The notes beneath the pieces are model-generated. The model was not told where the DNA came from. It searched no databases and saw nothing but the letters and a program-made list of their open reading frames with translations. A stretch of DNA of 60,898 nt, filler included. It is 10 parts of 10 records of this genome, joined end to end, with 100 filler letters (N's around TTAATTAATTAA, not from the genome) between each part and the next. Parts side by side here need not be neighbours in the genome. Positions count along the whole stretch, not along the records: positions 20,758 to 31,281 come from SRR15195285_3894; positions 31,382 to 37,191 come from SRR15195285_3896; 8 more parts are not named here. One strand, written 5' to 3'. Both the position numbers and the translations under genes were made by a program. Positions 20,877 to 34,600 of this stretch are shown in pieces; within the stretch, counting starts at the first letter, position 1, and every line of letters begins with the position of its first letter.

Positions 20877-21950
20877 ATGGACGCGGCTGGCCCGAGGCGA
20901 GAGGAAGGCGGGGTGCGTCGACCCGCGGAGGAGGAGCACGCCGAAGCGCCGCCGTCGAGCAAGCAGCGCGCGGATGGCGAGGGGGGCAGCGCGGCGGCGG
21001 CGAGCGACAGCGACACTGCCGGACAGGGCAGCGCCGTCACGGAGGTCGCGCCCCAGAGCGACACAAAAACAGCCGACGATGCGAACCAGTTGACCTCTGA
21101 GCCGTCGCCGGCTGAGAAAGCGTGCAGCGAGCAGACCGGCGTCGAGCTGAGGCGTGGCATGCAGCTGGAGGTGCGGTGGGTGGTCGAGCAGCCGAACGAG
21201 GAGACTGGCGAGTCAACCTCCGAGGCAATATGGTGGGCGTGCACGCTGGGTGATGCGGTACCCAGCGAGGAGAAGGTCACTGGAGACTGGGAGTGGAAAC
21301 TGACGTACGATGCCATGCTTGAGCGCGGCTTTGACGCCGAGGATCGCACGGTGTCGTTCGCGGCGAAGCACCTGCTGGTGGACCTGCAAACGCGACGCGC
21401 ATCTGCTGCTTCTGGCGGAGGCGTGGAGGAAGGGGTGATGCAGTGGCGCGTGGCCGGTGACGAGCACGAGCCGCCGGAACTCCTGCATGTGGGTACTCGT
21501 ATCAAGGCTCGGTGGCAGGGTCGTGAGGAGTACCATGCCGGTAGGGTGGCAGGGCTCAATATGGATGGCAGCTACCGGGTAGACTATGCCGACGGGTCTT
21601 TCGAGGAGAGTGTGACTCGAGACCTGATGGAGGTCGTCGAGGTGGAGGCGGCCGTTGAGCAATCAGAGGAGGAGGACGCGGCTGACGATGACGGCGTTGT
21701 GATGGGGACTGATGCCATGTTCGACCTGGTAATCGGGAGGATGGTGCAAGGCCCGGCGTTCAGTTCGCTCACGCCAGACAAACAGCGCCAGGCTTCTGAG
21801 AAGATCGCGGGCTTGAAAGTCTTGTTCGAGGCGGAGCTGGAGCAGCTCAAGGCGCACCGAGGCGCCGGCGCTCTTGTCACGCAGCAGGACGTGATGCAGA
21901 TCCTGCCACGAATACTAGCGGCAGCCCAAGCGGGGCGTTCAGGTGCTTGA
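20877..21950 (+). CDS. Tudor/Agenet-like domain protein, 357 aa
   Basis: LHVGTRIKARWQGREEYHAGRVAGLNMDGSYRVDYADGSFEESV is a typical Tudor-like barrel; a second, more divergent barrel (LRRGMQLEVRW...WWAC...WKLTYD) lies upstream; acidic linkers. Confidence 0.75.
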   Translation: MDAAGPRREEGGVRRPAEEEHAEAPPSSKQRADGEGGSAAAASDSDTAGQGSAVTEVAPQSDTKTADDANQLTSEPSPAEKACSEQTGVELRRGMQLEVRWVVEQPNEETGESTSEAIWWACTLGDAVPSEEKVTGDWEWKLTYDAMLERGFDAEDRTVSFAAKHLLVDLQTRRASAASGGGVEEGVMQWRVAGDEHEPPELLHVGTRIKARWQGREEYHAGRVAGLNMDGSYRVDYADGSFEESVTRDLMEVVEVEAAVEQSEEEDAADDDGVVMGTDAMFDLVIGRMVQGPAFSSLTPDKQRQASEKIAGLKVLFEAELEQLKAHRGAGALVTQQDVMQILPRILAAAQAGRSGA

Positions 21951-22022
21951 AATCGGAGAATCCGCAAACATTGTCATTATCGCTTTACACTACATTATGC
22001 GCCTGCAAGCACCCGTTGACCT

Positions 22023-25000
22023 TCACGGGTGGAGCTTGACAGCATCCATCAATAGTTTGTTGATGTCCGTGTCACCCTGCATCTCTGTGACCGTCGCCTT
22101 TACCTGGTCCACTTGAGCCTCTATCTTGTCCATTTCCTCCGACAATGCAGCAACAGTTTTCTTGACACTCTCCTCCAAGTCTTCTGCCGCCGCGCCCGCA
22201 ATCGATTTGTACGTGTTGAGACCCTCGTCCGCCCGCTCTGCGACAGCCTTCACTGCTTTGAGCTCCGGCTTCATCTCCTGCTGCACCTGCGTCTTCATGG
22301 CGTCCATCTTGTGCGTCATGTCCTGGATCGACTTATCCACACTTCCTTCAACGTGAGTCTTCAAGTCCTCCAGTTGACCTGTCATAGTGGACCTGAGTTC
22401 ACTGATTTTGTCACTCACCTCGCCGTCTACCTTGGTCTCCAGCGTCTTGATCTCACCGGTGAGGCCCTTTTGTGTTTTCGCTAAGTCCCTCTTCAGTTCC
22501 TCGGTCGCCTCCGCGAGAGCCGTCGCCGACGCTTTCCTTGTGTCTGCCACTTCTTCCGTGCGTTTCTTGACCTCCTCATAGACAATCGTCTCAGCCTCGT
22601 CTTTGTGCGCCTCAACCACGGTTTGCAGCGTAGTCAGCTCCTCGTTTAGGTTGTCGACGTGTGTCTTGGCCCAGTCCCTGACCTCACTGTCTACCTTGCT
22701 GTCCCCGCGCGAAATTTTGCTTTCGAGCTCAGTCTGGGCGCGCTCCAAGTTCTGGCGCACCTGCTGAAGTTGCGTGCGCAGCTCCGACTGCTCTTTCATG
22801 TTGCTCTCATCCTGCTCGTCGTTCTTGGCAGCCATGATCTTCTTGATGTCATTGAATAACGCATCTGCTTCCTCTTTCTGCGTTTTGATGCTCGCAAGAG
22901 TCTCGCGCTCCAGCTTGCGCTGTGCTGATTCGCTGGAGCGACGGAACTCTTCCATCTTCAAATCCTGCTCGTCCGTTTTGTTTTGGACGTCTTGCTCCAG
23001 ACGCTCCTTTGTGCTCGACAGCCGGTCCTCGATTGCAGAAGCGCGCCGCACCAGCTCTGCATTCGTGTCACTGATTTTTTGCATAACGTTCTCGTGCTCG
23101 CGAGCCATTTGAGCCTCGAACGTCTTTTGCGACGACTCCGCAGCGCGGGTCAACCGGGCGACACTGTCGTTCAACCTCTTCGAACTATCCTCGCTGCTAT
23201 CCACAATCTTTCTCTCGAGTTTGTCAGTTGAAGTCGAAAGTACTTTCTCCATCTCCGCGCATGCCGACTTCGTTTTCTCATTGGTGTCCTCGAGCTTATC
23301 ATCGAATCTCTTAACCTCGTGGTCAATCTGCATCTTCATATCTGCCAGTGCCTTGATGCCGTCCTTTTTGTGCTCATCGAGCTTGCGAGTGAGGTTGGTG
23401 CTCGCAGTGTTTCCATCATCCTTGTGTTTTTCCATGTCAAATCGAAGCATCTGGACGATCTCGGTGATTTCAGATTTCAACGTTGTAGCAGCAGCCTGCA
23501 CTGTGTCGTAGTTCTCCTGACCTTCACGTCCAAGCCTGGCGGTCTTTTCGTCGAGTGATTTTGCGAGTTCCTCCACCTTGTGATCGAACTTCTCGGCTAC
23601 GGCTGCGCATTCCCTCTTGGTATCCTTGGCGATGTCCTCGAGCTTGGTCTTGAACTCAGATGTCTTGGACTCGACCGTGGCTTCAGCTGCCTCAGACTTA
23701 GCCACAGCGCGACTTAAGTCGGAGGCAACATCGCTTTGCGAAGACTCGATCTGTTGCTCCAGATCACGCTGCATGCTGCTGCACCTCTCGTTGTACTTGT
23801 CGTCCATGCCGTCGACGCGCGACTTCATCTTCGACTCTAATTCGAGGCATCGCTCGGTCAGCGCCTTCTTGGTGCTGTCAACGAGCTCCTTCTGGTCGTA
23901 GTCGGGAAGCTTGGCCTCCAACTTCTTCGTTTCTTCCTTGACTTTGGCAGTCACATCAGACCACGTAGCCTCCACACGGGTGTCCAACTCTTCGCAGCGG
24001 GCTGTGAAGTCAGCCTGTGCATCCTCGAGCTTGATGAGCATCCCAGCATTACCATCTGAGAACATCTTGTTCAGCTGGATACACTGCTGGAAAAAGTACT
24101 TGTGGTGGTTGTCAATTTCGGTCTCGTGTTTCTCAGTCGACTCGTGGACCTGCGTGTCAAGGGTGGAGATCTTCTGCGAAAACTCTTCGTAGTGCTGCAG
24201 AAGAGCGTCTGAGAACTCATCCATGCGCTCGTCTAGCGTAGTCCCCTTCTCCGAGAATTTCATGTCCAAGAATGAATACTCCTCGGTAAACTGAGTCTGC
24301 ATTCGCTTGAAATCCATCGTCAGCTGCGAGAAGTGCGACTCGACCACCTGGTCTAGCGCAGTAGCCTTCGATGCAAGCTTTTTGTCGAGCTTAGCGTCCT
24401 CTGCGAGGAAGAACTCATGGTGACTTGCAATGGAGTTGTTGATCTCGGCCAGCTTGGCGTCATGCAAAATATCTGCTTGAGCTCCCTCGGTGCGAATCTC
24501 GTCCAACTCTTCCGTAATTGTTTTCTCAATGCGCTGCACCTGGTACTGTAGCTGCTTGACCTCATCTTCAACAGTGGACTGCTGGTCTTCGTAATTCTTG
24601 GCGACGGTCTGTTCCAACGCCTTGACTGCAGTAGAGAACTTCTGATCCAGATCCTCAGTGGCGCCAGTGCACTTCGTGTCGAGGTTGACGCAAGCCTCCG
24701 TCAACTGTTTTTGAATCGTGTCTATGCGGGCGTCACCAGAGCTCTTCTTGTCTGCGAGCTGTTTCCTGGTGCTCTCGAGACCTTCACTCAGCTTCAGGTC
24801 AAGACTGCCGATATCGTCCTTCAATTTGCGCTCCAAAGCATGCGTTTCTTCGGCCAGCTTTTTACGATCAGCATCCGCGCGCTTCTCCAGGTCAGCGGTA
24901 CGTTGAGTCAGGCTTTTGGTCGTGTTGCCCAGACTCTGGGTGAACTTGTCTTCCTGCTCGCTCAGTTTCTTGCTGAGCTTTGCAGACATCTTCGCGAGCT

Positions 25001-28000
25001 CGTCAGCAGAACGCTTGGCATCTGCCTCTTGCTGGTTGGAGTAGTCCTGGGTCTTGTCGCCAAACTTCTTGTCTAGCTTGCTTAGCTGATCAGCGTGACG
25101 CTCATCAGCTGCCTGGATTTCTTCAGTCACCTTCTTGGACATCTTTGCGAAGTCTGACTTTGCAGTAGCAAGACCTGTATCAATCTTACTCGATTGTTCC
25201 GTGGTGACGGATTTCAACTGACGTTCCAGTTTGGTGGTTTCCAGCTGGACCTTCTCGTCCAACTGAGCCAGTGGCGACGAGAACTTTTGCTCAATAGTCT
25301 CACACAGTTCTGTAAAGTACTTGTGCTGGCTGTCAAGACGAGCATCCTGGTCAGCGATCTTGGCCTCAAACTTCGCGTCCATACGCCCTGTCTTTCCATC
25401 GAATTTTGCGTCCAGATTACTTCCATCGTCCGCGAACTTTTTCTCGAGCTTGCGGAACAGAGCAGAAAAGTAGTTGTGCTCGCGATCAATCTCTTCGGCC
25501 TGCTCACCAACCTCCTTAGTGATCCGGTCTTCGATGCGTTCAACCAAGGCTTTGGTAGAAACGTCTTGCTTCGCATCTTCCTCTCGCTGGCGCTCCTCCA
25601 GCTTAGCACACTCGTCAAGGAAGTACTTGTTCAGTGCGTCCATCTTCTTTGAAACCTCAATGTGCTTCTCGCTAAACTGTTTCTCAAGACGGTCGTTGTC
25701 TCGGGTGAAGTTCTTGAATAGTTCGGCAGTATCATCTGCAAACTTGCGCTCCAGCTTGGCCACAACGTCGGTGAACTTCTTGTTCTCAGCAACCATAGCT
25801 GCATCCTTCACTGCGCCGTCTTCGACCATCTTCTGCTCTAGAGCGTTTAGAGTCTCGCCAAACATTCTTTGGGTCGCATCCAGAGACTCGTCTTGCTCTG
25901 CATTCCTGTCCGAGAACTTTTTGGTAATATCAGCGGCTAGCTGTGTGAATACCTCATGGTCGCTCTGAACGTTTGCTGCCATCTCCTTGATCGTAGCATC
26001 AGTCGCCGAAGCATTATCAGCAATCTTGCGCTCGAGATCAGAGGCAGACTTTGCAGCTCTTTCCTTGATTTTATCCGCCTTGTCAGTAAGATGCTTTGAA
26101 ACATCGTCAATCAGCTTCTCCAGGCTGCTGTTCTCTTGGGTAAACGTCTTGGTAAGTTTCTCCACAGTATCTGTGAATTTCGAGTTGGTCTCATCCAGCT
26201 TGACTGCCACATCGTTAAACGCAGCATCGAAGCCCTCCATGTTGTCAGCGATTTTCTTAGCTAACCCATTCACGTCGTCGCGAAGATCTTTCTCAAGCGT
26301 AGCGCACACGTTCGCAAAGTGACTGTGTTCCGTGTCCAGACGATCCGTTGTGTCAGACAGCATTGCGCTCATGGCCTTCTCCAGCTTTGCTGTAATCTCC
26401 CCACTCGATGAGCTCACGTCAGCGATTTCATCCGTGAGTCGTTTCTCCATCTTGGTGCACATGCTAGTGAGGTGCTTCTGCAGCCACTCAGATCGCTTGT
26501 CAGCCGCAGCCGACCTCTCTCCCATCTCACCATCGAAGTGGGCACGAGTCTCGCTGATGCGGCGACCTAACTCAGCACCAGATTCGGCAATCTTCTTTTC
26601 GATCTTAGAGCAGCGATCAGAAAGCTGTTTCTCGCCGGAGTCCTGTCGCTCTGACAGTGTCATTGTGGTTGAGTTGAGCTGGGCGTCGAGTTTGTCGCAG
26701 ATGCCGCTGAAGTGCTTGCGCATGCTCGCGACCAGTTCGTCCTGTTGCGTAGTCTTCTCATTTAGTGTGCTTTGCATAGACTGCATATCATCCATGGCCT
26801 CTTGGTGATTCGAAGCCACTGATTCCTCCACATCCTCTAGCTTGGAGTCGATCGCAGCACACCTGGACGAAAACTTCTCGTCAAGGAAGTTGTTCTCATC
26901 CGCAAGGCGTTGGCCAAGCTTTGCGCATTCGGTAGATATCTCCTTGTGATGCTCTGCAATGGTCGCATCGCGTGCAGCACCGTCCTGAGAGAACTTCTTG
27001 TCAAGCTGACTGGTGATGCTTTCAAAGTACTCATGGTGCTGGTCGACAGCTCGAGTCAAATCGTCCAGTCGGGTGTCAGCTTTGGATGCTGTCTCCATAG
27101 CCACCCTCTCTACCTCATTCAGGTCTTGGGTAAACTTGGTCTCCATCTTGGAGGTGGTCTCCTTCAGGTATTTCATCTCGCCGTTGATGCGATCGTCCTG
27201 CTCGTCCTGGTCTGTGGCGAACTGCTTCTCGAGGCGGATGCAAGTACTTGTGAACTTCACATCCAGGTCATTTGCCTTATCGGTGATCTTCTTGTCCACC
27301 TTGACAATCTCAGCCGAGAAGTGTTTGTGCTCTGCCTTGGATCGCTCAGAATGTTCCAGCTCCGAGTCAGCCAGCATCTTGTTGAGCCGTTTGGACTCAT
27401 CCTTAACAACCTTGACCATCTGTGCACTTGATGCGTCCACCTTCTCATTCAGCTGCCCGATAGTCTCGTCGACAGACCTCTGCAGGCTGGTGAAGGCCCC
27501 CTCAAGTTTCATCTCCAGGCCGGCCTCAACGGCTGCAGTCTTTTTGTCAAGTTTGACCACGCTAGAGTCCATCTTTGTTTCCAGATCAGTGCACGAGCTG
27601 CTGATCAAGTTCGTCAGGTCTTGGGACAAACTCGATAGACTATTGCTCGTGTCGCTGGCGCGATTGGCAATCTTTGTGTCCAGGTCACGGATGGAGCCGT
27701 TGAGCTTGGAGTCCACAGCGGAGATGGCGCCCTCCACCTTCGTTGTTGTTGCTGTAAGACGGTCGTCAAGATCAGTCGTCTTGTCGCTCAAGTCCTTGCC
27801 AAGACCAGAGCACAGCTCATTGAAGAATCGATGTTCGTTCTCGATGCGATCTGCGTTCTTGCCACTCTCCTCAGTAAACTTCTTGTCCAGCAGAGTGCAT
27901 ACGTCAGAGTACTTGTCATCCAGCCAGTTGGTTTTCTCCTTCAATTTTTGCTCAAGGGCCTGGCACAGCCCAGTAAAGTGCTGACTTTGACTCTGGACGG

Positions 28001-31000
28001 TGTTGTCCTGCTCAGCAGCCCTTACGGTCGTTTTCTTGTCGAGCCCGTCCGCAATCATGGTGAACTTCTCGTCTAACGCTTGGCTCTCTTCAGTAATACG
28101 CTTTTCGAGAGTAGAGCACACGTTGTTCACCAGGTGGCGACCTTGGTCTTCGATGCGCTGGTCTTGTTCAGTGATTTCGTGGGAGAACTTCTTGTCAACC
28201 TTGGCAATGCCCTCGCTAAACTTCTTGTCTAGCGTCCCAACCTCCTTTGTAATCTTCTTGTCGAGCTTGTTGCACAGGTCGGTAAACTGTACACGGGTCT
28301 CCTGAATGAGGCGCTTCTCATCAACTTCCGACATCTTGCGTTCGATGCGGTTGCAGGCATCCGAAAACTTGTCGTCCAACTGCGCCGTCTCATCGGTACA
28401 CTTCTTCTCAAGTTTCCCGCAGACAACACTGAAGTATTTGTGCTCGTTTTCGATGCGCTCCACTAGCGCATCATTTTCTTCTGAGAATCGCTTCTCGACT
28501 TTGCCGTACAAAGCTGTGAAATGCTTGTAGTGTGCAGCCGCGGTCTCGTCAAGGCTGTCGGTTTTGTCACTAAACTTCCGGTCCATTTGGGAGCATAGCT
28601 CGCCCAAAGTATCGCATTGGTGAGTCATTTTCGTGTGGGTGTCACTGATCTTTGCCTCGTGCGCAGCACTCGTCTCAGTAAACACCTGATCAAGATGAGC
28701 TGTCTCTTCAGTGAGGCGCTGGTCAAGCTTAGTGCACATGTCCAAAGACAGCTTGTGGTACTCATCCATGCGCTCGTCTTGCGCATTCGTCTTGTCTGTG
28801 AATTTCTTATCCAGTTGTACGTACACGTCGCTGAAGTGGGTGTGGTGAGTTTCCATGATAGCGTTGAGGCTATCCATGTCGCGGTCTAAGGCTGCACATT
28901 TTTCAGTGAACTTGACGTCAAGCTGATTCTTTTCCCCAGTGAACTTAACATTGAGGTTCTCGCATTGCTCGGAGAGCTGGCCAAAGTTGGCTTTGATCGC
29001 ACCTTCCATCGCCGTGACTTTGCCCGCAAGACCACGCTCGACGTCCCCAAGCTCCACAGTGAGTCGCTCGTTGATGTCTGCATCGGACTGGCTGAACTTC
29101 GTGTCAAGATCTGTGCACTGGCCAACCAGGTACTGGTAGTCACGCTCCATTTTTTCATCGATGGAATCGTTGCGCTCCTGCATTGCCATCTTGATCTGTT
29201 CCATCGTCGCTCCGAAGTTATCATCGATATCCGCGAGGCGGTCAGTGATGGCATCGTTCTCCTCCTGATACTTCTGGTCAAGCTTCGCGCAGCGATCGGA
29301 TAGTGTCTCCATGTTGACCTTCACATCATCCTGCAGCGTACCTATCTGTGCATCCACCGCAGAGGCGAACTCAGACTGCCGGCTGCTCATACCCTTGATT
29401 TCCTCGGTGACTTTACTATCCAGGCGTCCGAACTTGTCGGTGAAGAATCGATGCTGTTCGGCAGCACGTTCGTCCTGCTTGGCATTCTCGCTCGCTTGCT
29501 TTTTCTCTACCAAATTGCATCGGTCGGTGAAATGCTTGTAGTGCTGCTGGACGCTGGTGCTAAGGTCGTCCAGACGGCGGATACGACGATTGGTGAAGCG
29601 ATCGTCGAGGTCAGCAATGTCGTCGGAGATCTTTTTCTCAAGCTTGCGGCAAAGGTCGTGGAAACCCTTGTGTTCACTCTCAAGTTTGCTCTTGAGATCA
29701 CCTGTCTTGTCCTTCAGTTGCTTGTCTAGTGAGCTGCAAAAGTCGGTGAACTTCTCGTCTAGGCTGTGGGTTTCCTCAGTGAGCCGACCTTCCAGGCTCT
29801 TGCAGAGGTCACTGAAGTGCGCGTGCTCCACAGCCATTCGCTCGTCCTGCCCAGCGATTTCCTCGCTAAACTTGTTGTCCACCTTGCTCAGGTCCTCTGT
29901 AAAGACGCGGCCCTGCTCCTCGAGCCCATCCATCAGTTCGGTGTAGCGTTCGCTGTTTTTCTCCTCAAGCTTGCCGCAGGTGACCGCCAACTCCTCTGCC
30001 TGCCGAGTGACGTCAGCGCGCAGATCTTCGAGCAGCTCCTCGTGCCGCTGCTTGGTGTCAACCACTTGCGACTCCAGAGCATTTGTCTCGTCGGTCACCT
30101 GGCGCTGTAGCTTACCGAACAGGTCGCTGAACAGCTTGTGGTGCTCTTCGATGCGTTCGTCGCGAGTCAAGTTCTCTTCGGTAAACTTCTTCACAAGCTT
30201 CGAGCAGACGTCAGTAAAGTCTTCGTGCATCTCATGAATGCTGTCAGAATTCTCCCGAATTTTCTTATTGAGTCGGCGCTCCAACTCCTCCAGCAGGTCG
30301 TGTGTGTCCTGTGCAAGATGCGTAAGCAAGGATCAGGAACGGCTTACCAAAGCGAGACACGTGGGGCATGCAAACATGTCGGCGTACCTCGATAGAGATG
30401 GTCTTCTGCATCGTCTCGAGGAGGCCCTCGAGGGTCTCGCGCTGGCCGGCCATTTCGACCTGGACGTGCTGCGAGAGCTCTGCCAGCTCCTGCAGGCCGG
30501 CCTCTAGGTCGGTGGTATTCTTTCGGACAGGGGTCATGAGCGCCTTGAGCTCCTCCTCGAGAGTCACACGCTGCACAGTCGCATTCGTCAGCCGAGAGAC
30601 TCAGTAAACTCGACGAACCGAAAGGGCTGACGCAGTCGTGGGTGCGGTGGGCATGTGCTTACCATGCTGCGCTCTTCATTCAAGAATTCCTCGAGCTTGA
30701 GTCGCTGCAGAGATAGAAGAGTCGGCGCGGGCGGTTAGGGTGCAGCCAGTCAGCGGCGGGGGCTAGCCAACTTTGCTATCGGCGCGCCCATGGCGGTCTG
30801 ACGCATGATGGGAGTCACAACGGCGGCGCACCTCGCTGCGCTCCTTTGTGATCTCGCCCTCGATCATCATTCGCTGAGCGCACACGAGGGCAGGCGGTGA
30901 AGCAGGTCAGCGCACGGCTGAAAACTGGACGGCAGCTGAGAAGCGCAAGCAAGAGCGTTGCGAAGGCGCTTACTGCCAGTCGTTCCTCCTGGTACGACTT

Positions 31001-31075
31001 CTCGAGCAGCTCAACCCGGTCGAGCACGCTCTTCATCGACAGCGGGTCCACCGACATCGACGCGCTAGCGCTCAT
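22023..31075 (-). CDS. Giant coiled-coil repeat protein (~2880 aa), probably cytoskeletal; exons 31075-30974, 30873-30832, 30704-30663, 30570-30388, 30308-22023
   Basis: 8.3-kb terminal exon that is E/K/D/L-rich, nearly Pro-free, with recurring HxxFxxxCxxLxxKF units. Four phase-0 GT-AG introns link it to ATG 31075. Confidence 0.85.
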
Positions 31076-31676
31076 ATCACCGGCCCCTGCAACCCACACG
31101 CACCACCGCACCCGTTGTTCAAGCCTCAAGCCATCGCCCCCCAAACACCGCCCCCTCACAGGCACACTGCGCGCCACACCATGCCATGCCGCACTACGCC
31201 GCACTACCGAACATAGCACCGACACTCCGAGACACCCTGCACACCTATTCGACGGACAAGACAAGCAAGCAACTCGCGAAANNNNNNNNNNNNNNNNNNN
31301 NNNNNNNNNNNNNNNNNNNNNNNNNTTAATTAATTAANNNNNNNNNNNNNNNNNNNNNNNNNNNNNNNNNNNNNNNNNNNNAATCGAAGCAGAACTTGAC
31401 CCCCTGGTGCGGCGCGCGGCCGCGGGAGGTACTAGCTAGTACATGTACCGGGATACGGATGAGTGGTGATGTTTCCGGCGCGCCGGTATTGTCCGCCGTG
31501 TACAGCTGTACACATGATCTGCCCAAACCTTAAATCGCATTGTGAATGTGATCGCCTATCGCCCCGCGCGCCGGCGTCCCGCGCGCACGCGCATGCGCAG
31601 CGCATTCGTTTGCTCGCCGCGAGCACTCCAGCCCTGTCCGTCAGTGTTCTCAGAGTGGCTTGGCTGGAGCATTAAC

Positions 31677-34600
31677 ATGGCGGTGGCGGCTGGCGGTGGA
31701 TTTCAGGTGGAGTATGCCAAGTCTGGGCGGGCGAGCTGCCGCAACACGAAATGCAAGGGTGCCATCGTAAGCCCTGCCGGCGGCCGCCTTGCTCCTCTCG
31801 AGAGTGTTTGAAACGTGTACCCCGCCCTGGCTGCCAGTGGCAGCACGCTGCAGCTAATCTCACTCTCACAGCACAACGTTGACTTGTGGTCCGTCCATAC
31901 TGTGGCGCAGGCCAAGGATGAGCTGCGCGTTGCGCGGATGGTGCGCAGCCCTTTCTTCGACGGCTTTCAGCCGCAGTGGTTCCATCTCGATTGCTTTTTC
32001 ATCAAGAACGCATGGGGCGCCAAGAGCCCGTCTGAGCTTCAGGGTGTCACAGACTTGCGGCCAGACGATCAGAAAAGTGTGGCCGACGGCTTTGCCAAGA
32101 TGGCGGCGGCACAGGGCACAGCTGCCGCCGGTGGCGCCAAAGCTAAGGGCAAGGGCAAGAAGGAGAAGGGCGGCGCTGCTGCAGCTGCTGCCCCGCCGCC
32201 CGATCGTTCGATGGAGCTGCTTGCGGCCGACGGCTCCGCACTGCTACGCGTGGAACACGCCAAAAGCTCTCGTGCAGGCTGCAGGTACTGCGAGGTGAAG
32301 ATCAACAAGGATGTGTTGAGACTTGGCGTCATGATGGAACCCGACGAGAACTCTGAGTCATCTTTCCGAGGGATGCGGACCTGGTGGTACGCTTACCACG
32401 ATATACATCCACGCCCCGTGCTCAGTTGTCACGCATTGTCTGCACGAGTTTCAAATCCACTGTGCATCTGTGACTCACCCATAAGTCGACCTTAACCTGT
32501 GGTGATCCACGTGGCGGCGCAGGCACCATCGCAAGTGCTTTGGCTCGGTGCTTGAGCAGAAGATTCATGCGTCTATCCCCTTGCCGGCACTCACCCCGCA
32601 GCACTTTGAAGGTCACCAGGCGATCACCACGGAGGAAATCGAGGACATGGCGGCGATGTTTGAAGATGCACGCAAAAAGTCGGGCATTAGTGCTGGCGCA
32701 GCGAAGGGGCCGGGAGGAAAGCACACGCGCGATGATGCGGCGGACGATCCGCAGAAGACGAAGAAGAGCAAGAAGAGCAAGAACACCGGCAGCGGAGCTG
32801 CTGCGGCCGCTTCATTCCAGAACACCGCGCTGCAGGCCAAGCTAACGGCACAAGCCTCTGAATTGTGGAAAATTAAGGATGAACTCGCCCTCAGTGACCT
32901 AACAACTACAGACCTGAAAGAAATGCTGTCAACCAATAAACAGCCAGCGCGAGGGGGCGAGAACACGCTCCGCGACTTGGTAGCTGACGGGATGCTCTTT
33001 GGGTCCTTGAGCTCCTGTGTGGAATGTGGCAACGCCTCGTGGAACATGAAGAGTGACGGCTACCACTGCCAGGGTGACGTCTCTGCATATGCGCCTTGCT
33101 TGGTCGTGACGCACAATCCTCCACGGAAGCCCTGGAAAATTTCAAAGAATTACAGAAGCCGTGCTGGCACGGCGTTCTTCACCAACTGGAAGTTTGTAGA
33201 GCGCTCGCGACTCTTTGGCGAGGCTCCTAGGGTGGGCGACCAGCCTGCGACCGAGCCGTCCGTCGGGGTGGGCGATCATGCTGTGGGGGCAAGCGCTGCT
33301 GCGCCACAAGATGCGAAGAAAGCGGCTGAAGCTGCTGGCAAACCGCTGACAAGGCTGAAAATTGCCTATGCAGGTAAGGTTGGCATGGCCAAACTAAAGA
33401 AGATCGTAACGAAGCTCGGCGGTGAGAACACAACGACGCTGAACAGCACTGTGTAAGTCCTCTACGCGTCACCTATCACGCACTACTTTGGAAATATTTT
33501 GGAGTAACCAGATTTCTTGTCACTGTTGATGTGGGCAGGACGTGCGTGATCACAACCGAAGACGAGGTCTCGAAGGAAACTGCACGCATCAGTGACGCGA
33601 ACAAATTTGCGCTTCCGCTGGTGAGCGATGCGTGGCTACACGAAGCAGAAGAGAAGATGACATTGCCTCTGCTGGCGCCGCACCTGATCCACTGCGCGGG
33701 AAGCGTGCTGGAGCCAGCACACGAGAGTGTTCCAGAGCGACTGTTGAAGCGTAAGCGTGGTGGGGCGGCTTCCCAGACGGTTGTTGCGAAGGGTGGCGGG
33801 GCTGTCGACCCAGCATCAGGTCTTGCTGGGGAAGGAAGCACACACGCAGTACTGGCCGAAGGAACCACAGGTAGCTTTCCGCTTTTTGACCTAAGAAATG
33901 ATATGTGAAAGACTATATGTGTTGATATCAGCCTCAGATAACACGCCGTTGCCTGGGACAGTGTGGTCGGCATCGTTGTCATTGGTTGACCTGCGTTCAG
34001 GGGCAAACTCATTCTACAAGCTACAAGTCATTGTTGATACAGAGCGTCCAGCAAACAAGCGCGTTACTTTTTTTCGTGCATGGGGGCGTCTCGGAACCCG
34101 CCAAGGCGACCAGCGGATCTCTGAGATGGGCATCGCTGCTGCAAAGGCTGAGTTCTGTGAACATTTCTTGGCGAAGACAGGGAATGAATGGGAGGACCGT
34201 GCACATTTCAAAAAGCAACCTCGGATGTTCGACCTGGTCGATGTGGCGTACGATAATGACGACTCTACCAAATTGCCGTACGCACTCCCATCCTGGAACT
34301 GCGCGATGACTGGACATCCTCGCGTTTCTCACCTTGCTGGTCGGTGTACAGGGACGCAATGAGCACAACCGACGCATCACGAGTGCCAGGAGCGTCACAG
34401 CTTCCGCAGAAGGTACAAGACTTGGTCTCTCAACTTTTTGACGTCAGTCAGGCTGAAGCGACCATGAGCACGCTATCATATGAGCTCGACACTCGGAAAA
34501 TGCCGCTTGGAAAGATCTCTGCAGCGACGATCCGATCAGGGTATGCGATTCTCAAAGAAATCGAGGATCTGCTGGGCATGGTGGACGGGACCAGCACGGA

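Noticed and set aside
31588-31599. CGCGCATGCGCA (NRF1-like palindrome) upstream of PARP1
   Set aside because: A single match in very GC/CpG-rich DNA, with no evidence that the factor exists in this organism.
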